Shown in pieces: positions 43,374-43,809 of a stretch of DNA of 43,809 nt (within the stretch, counting starts at the first letter, position 1; each line of letters begins with the position of its first letter). This stretch comes from Candidatus Acidiferrales bacterium. GTDB lineage: Bacteria; Eisenbacteria; RBG-16-71-46. The stretch lies in assembly GCA_035500415.1 (NCBI GenBank), contig DATJXF010000009.1:1-43809 (forward strand), in the 5' to 3' direction. The notes below the pieces were generated by a model that saw nothing but the letters and a program-made list of their open reading frames with translations, searched no databases and was not told where the DNA came from. The translations under genes were made by a program, and so were the position numbers.

Positions 43374-43809
43374 TTACCGCTGCAGCAGCGTCGCCGACCT
43401 CGCGTTCAGGTGGTGGAGATGTTCCACCGTGTACTCGAGGATCGGCTTGAGGTACTGCGCGCCGTTCGGCAGGTTGATGCAGCGCTGGCCCGCGGGCACG
43501 TCGACGCCGCCCGGAATGCCGCCGCGCCAGCGTTGCACGTGCACGCGGCCGTTCATCACGCAAACGCAGGTGCCCTGCTCGTCGTCGCGCAGCACCCCCA
43601 GCTCCGTGCCCGTCACGCGTGCGCGCACCTCGGGCGTCTCCACGTCGAGCGTCGCGCCGTGGAACGCGCGGCCCGTCGCGTAGAACGCGTAACCGTTCGC
43701 GACGCGCGCGCGGTCGTGGCGGCCCCACCAGCGGCCGGGCCCCGCGGGGAGCGTGACGTCGGTCTGCATGTCGATCGATACCGCGAGCACGCCCGGCTTC
43801 ACGAGCTCG
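43374..43809 (-). CDS. FecR-domain protein (partial; N-terminus beyond the window end)
   Basis: The FecR-like pattern is GYAFYATGRAFHGATLDVETPEVRARVTGTELGV...CVCVMNGRVHV...VDVPAGQR. The ORF is still open at the window edge. Confidence 0.5.
   Translation of the reverse strand, partial: ELVKPGVLAVSIDMQTDVTLPAGPGRWWGRHDRARVANGYAFYATGRAFHGATLDVETPEVRARVTGTELGVLRDDEQGTCVCVMNGRVHVQRWRGGIPGGVDVPAGQRCINLPNGAQYLKPILEYTVEHLHHLNARSATLLQR

Noticed and set aside
43540-43555. TGCAC-N6-GTTCA inside the FecR-like gene, as a possible LexA-type box.
   Set aside because: The spacing is wrong (6 nt) and the location is intragenic.

Overview
High-GC (about 70% or more by eye) bacterial chromosomal core region, densely coding with many overlapping start/stop codons. 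Left to right: an AIM24/TIGR00266 gene and mqnA (minus strand). A complete his operon follows (hisG-D-C-H-A-B-F-IE, plus strand), preceded by a candidate His-codon leader peptide and an intrinsic terminator. Next come a radical-SAM futalosine-pathway gene (mqnE-like), a two-domain GNAT, an ABC exporter and a CBM9/DUF5916-like secreted protein. Then a btpA-psuK-psuG operon and a five-gene overlapping operon: mqnP (UbiA family), ubiX-like, ubiD-like, a polytopic TPR membrane protein and a lipoprotein. A 673-bp hairpin-rich divergent intergenic region leads to lexA, which is followed by a solo IS200-type HUH gene that appears to lack the catalytic tyrosine. After ribA and an EamA transporter comes the classic origin-proximal block on the minus strand: rpmH-rnpA-yidD-yidC-jag-mnmE-mnmG-rsmG-parA-parB plus a bactofilin, with two parS sites but no dnaA. 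The window ends with a HEAT-repeat protein coupled to a degenerate HD-GYP-like protein and a partial FecR-like gene. No rRNA, tRNA, CRISPR array or intact mobile element was seen. The best novelty candidates are the lexA/tyrosine-less HUH pair sharing a GTGCAC-N4-GTKCAS operator-like motif, the his attenuator, and the uncharacterised genes coupled to the menaquinone and pseudouridine operons. All calls come from by-eye reading of the translations and sequence; no searches were run.
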